From an uncultured delta proteobacterium (GTDB lineage: Bacteria; Desulfobacterota; Binatia; UBA9968): a stretch of DNA of 64,000 nucleotides. The position numbers and the translations under genes were made by a program. This document shows, piece after piece, positions 62,211 through 64,000 of this stretch. Below the pieces are notes generated by a model. That model did not search any database and was not told the DNA's origin. It saw nothing but the letters and a program-made list of their open reading frames with translations. Within the stretch, counting starts at the first letter, position 1; the number at the start of each line of letters is the position of its first letter. The stretch covers positions 352,001 through 416,000 of the forward strand of contig CAWDPO010000017.1 of assembly GCA_963804165.1 (NCBI GenBank), in the 5' to 3' direction.

Positions 62211-63176
62211 CTATGCTTGTTGCACCGCCGTCAATTTCCACGAATTCGGACCGACCGGACGGCCGAAGGTCCAGTATTCCCCGAATTCGATTGGCTCGGA
62301 GTTGCTGCCGGTGACGACGGCGCCGGTCTTGGCATCGACCGTGTAATCGAGGAGATTCGCGTGCAGACGAACGGTGATGAAATCTTCACCGTTCTCTGTC
62401 CACACTTCGGTGATCTCACTTTCGCGCAGGGCGATATTCTCCATGCGATTTTGCTGGTTGCGCGCGCGCAACTGGCTCAACTCTTCTTCCCAGGTTTGCA
62501 TCAACTCGCGGCCGCAAAGCGAGTTTAGAGCCGCGGTATCCTGCTTGTTCCAGGCGCCTTGAACCTTGAAGAAAATATCCTGGGCAGTTTTCAGGAAACG
62601 ATCGGGATCGAAGGTCCGGTCCATCAGCGTCAGAGAGCGATAGTCGATCTGGTCATTTATTGCCGGCGCTTCCTGAGCGGGTCCGCTTGCGGGAGTGTAT
62701 TGCGTGTAGGGTTGGCTATTCTGATACTGCATCGAGCCGAAGCCGGACGATGCCACTGCCGAGCCGCGAAACTTGCGATAAAGGAAATAGGCCAGGCCGC
62801 CGAGCAACAGAATCTCGATCATGCCAAAGCCGCTACCGCCGAAGCCGCCAATGCCGCCAAAACCATGAGCTAAGCCGGAAAAGAGCATGGAGCCGAGAAA
62901 TCCGCCCAAGACTGCGGTACCCAAGCCACGCATAAAACCGCCGCTTTGAGGCATCATGCCTGGTTGTTGCCCGGGAGTCGCCTCGCGTCTTTGCTGCGTC
63001 TGGCTTGGCTGTGACGGTCTACTGGGTGAGCTGTAGCTGCGCGAGCCGCGAAAACCGCCCGAGCGGCCGCCGCCGGCGCGTGCGTCGACGTAACTCTCTA
63101 AAACCACTTGCGATAAGCCAATGACGGCGAAAAGGCTAATCGCCATCAGGACTGTTGAGCGTTTTGATATCCACAT
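62211..63176 (-). CDS. Tim44 domain-containing protein
   Basis: ARAGGGRSGG N-terminus, Gly-rich TM region, FLKTA..IF..VQ.AW, EYWTF, WKLTAVQQ; TTGACA-16-TAGACT upstream. Confidence 0.92.
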   Translation of the reverse strand: MWISKRSTVLMAISLFAVIGLSQVVLESYVDARAGGGRSGGFRGSRSYSSPSRPSQPSQTQQRREATPGQQPGMMPQSGGFMRGLGTAVLGGFLGSMLFSGLAHGFGGIGGFGGSGFGMIEILLLGGLAYFLYRKFRGSAVASSGFGSMQYQNSQPYTQYTPASGPAQEAPAINDQIDYRSLTLMDRTFDPDRFLKTAQDIFFKVQGAWNKQDTAALNSLCGRELMQTWEEELSQLRARNQQNRMENIALRESEITEVWTENGEDFITVRLHANLLDYTVDAKTGAVVTGSNSEPIEFGEYWTFGRPVGPNSWKLTAVQQA

Positions 63177-63379
63177 AAGTTTGCCTCCTACGATTAAGAC
63201 GCAGTCTATGCTGGAAAGAGCTAATGTCAAGCTCGCTGTCAGTTATGTGAATATGCGGTTTCCGACGATTTGACGGGGCGATCTCCTTTCTCGTATGTAT
63301 TGAATTCTCGATGCATTTTCTTACCCATCCTTTGTGTCTAGTGGGCTGCGTTGCCGGCCCGAGAAATAGGAGGAGAGCT

Positions 63380-64000
63380 ATGATATGCAGGTTCCGGCAC
63401 GTATTTTGGGTCGCGGGTTCGCTGCTGATCGCTTTGCCTGCTGGACCGGTGGTCGCGCAAACCAAAATCACCATCGGCGTCGCGGCCATGAGCCCGCGCA
63501 CGATACCGTTGTTGATCGCACAAGAGCAGGGGCTTTTTGCTAAACAAGGCATTGAAGCGCGCATCGTCTTGATCAAAGGCGCGCCCATTCTCGTCGCCAG
63601 TCTCATCTCCGGCGACCTCGAAGTCGGTTACACCGGCGGCACGTCGGTGCTCGGCGCGGCGGCGCAAGGGCCGTACTTAAAAATCCTCTCCTCGATCTCC
63701 AGTAAGCTCACGCATACGATGCTCGCCAATCCGAGTCTCAAGACCGCCGAGCAATTGCGCGGCAAGCGCTTCGGCATCCAAAGCATGGGCGGCACCACCT
63801 GGATGCACACCATCCTGGGTCTCGAATATGTCGGTCTCGACGTCAAACGCGACCACATCAACATACTGATGATCGGTGACTCGGTGCTGATCGGCCAGGC
63901 GCTGGAGGCCGGCCGGGTGGATGCTGCAGTCCTCGATGGCGTGCTGGCGCGGCGGCTGATCAATAAAGGTTTCTCGGTGATCGTCGACCTTACTCCCGCG
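63380..64000 (+). CDS. ABC substrate-binding protein, NMT1/SsuA-like, truncated by window end
   Basis: SD aggagg; signal peptide; AQEQGLFAKQGI, QLRGKRFG. Confidence 0.88.
   Translation, partial: MICRFRHVFWVAGSLLIALPAGPVVAQTKITIGVAAMSPRTIPLLIAQEQGLFAKQGIEARIVLIKGAPILVASLISGDLEVGYTGGTSVLGAAAQGPYLKILSSISSKLTHTMLANPSLKTAEQLRGKRFGIQSMGGTTWMHTILGLEYVGLDVKRDHINILMIGDSVLIGQALEAGRVDAAVLDGVLARRLINKGFSVIVDLTPA

Noticed and set aside
58159-62453. Diversity-generating retroelement TR/VR pair (duplicated gene 3' end)
   Set aside because: Differences are mostly synonymous and not adenine-specific, and there is no reverse transcriptase in the window

Overview
High-GC bacterial DNA, most likely from an uncultured soil or sediment lineage. 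The gene content (many paralogous NMT1/SsuA-like solute-binding proteins, amidohydrolases, CoA-dependent aromatic catabolism enzymes, UGSC selenoproteins) resembles Candidatus Binatia; this taxonomy is inference only. No rRNA, tRNA or CRISPR array is visible. Main points: (1) A complete IS110-family (IS1111-type) element at 43920-45236 splits a dispersed palindromic repeat at a duplicated TCA core. Its 3' non-coding end carries a loop whose two strands match the two target flanks (bridge-RNA-like), and joining its ends would create a sigma70 promoter. (2) Two UGSC-type selenoprotein genes are hidden by in-frame UGA codons; each has an identical SECIS-like hairpin 11 nt downstream and is followed by the same uncharacterised partner gene. 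(3) A three-gene cassette (PD-(D/E)xK nuclease, winged-helix-like protein, P-loop ATPase) looks like an unclassified defence system. (4) A histidine kinase with an intact ETR1-type ethylene-binding domain heads a c-di-GMP signalling cluster. (5) Intergenic DNA holds many palindromic and short-period repeats, some nested, and one pair flanks a DUF559 nuclease. (6) An mscS-mgtE islet is bracketed by a duplicated tim44-like 3' end. Many genes at 12-18 kb and 47-52 kb carry single-base frameshifts that are probably assembly errors. Protein family calls come from motif recognition, not database searches.
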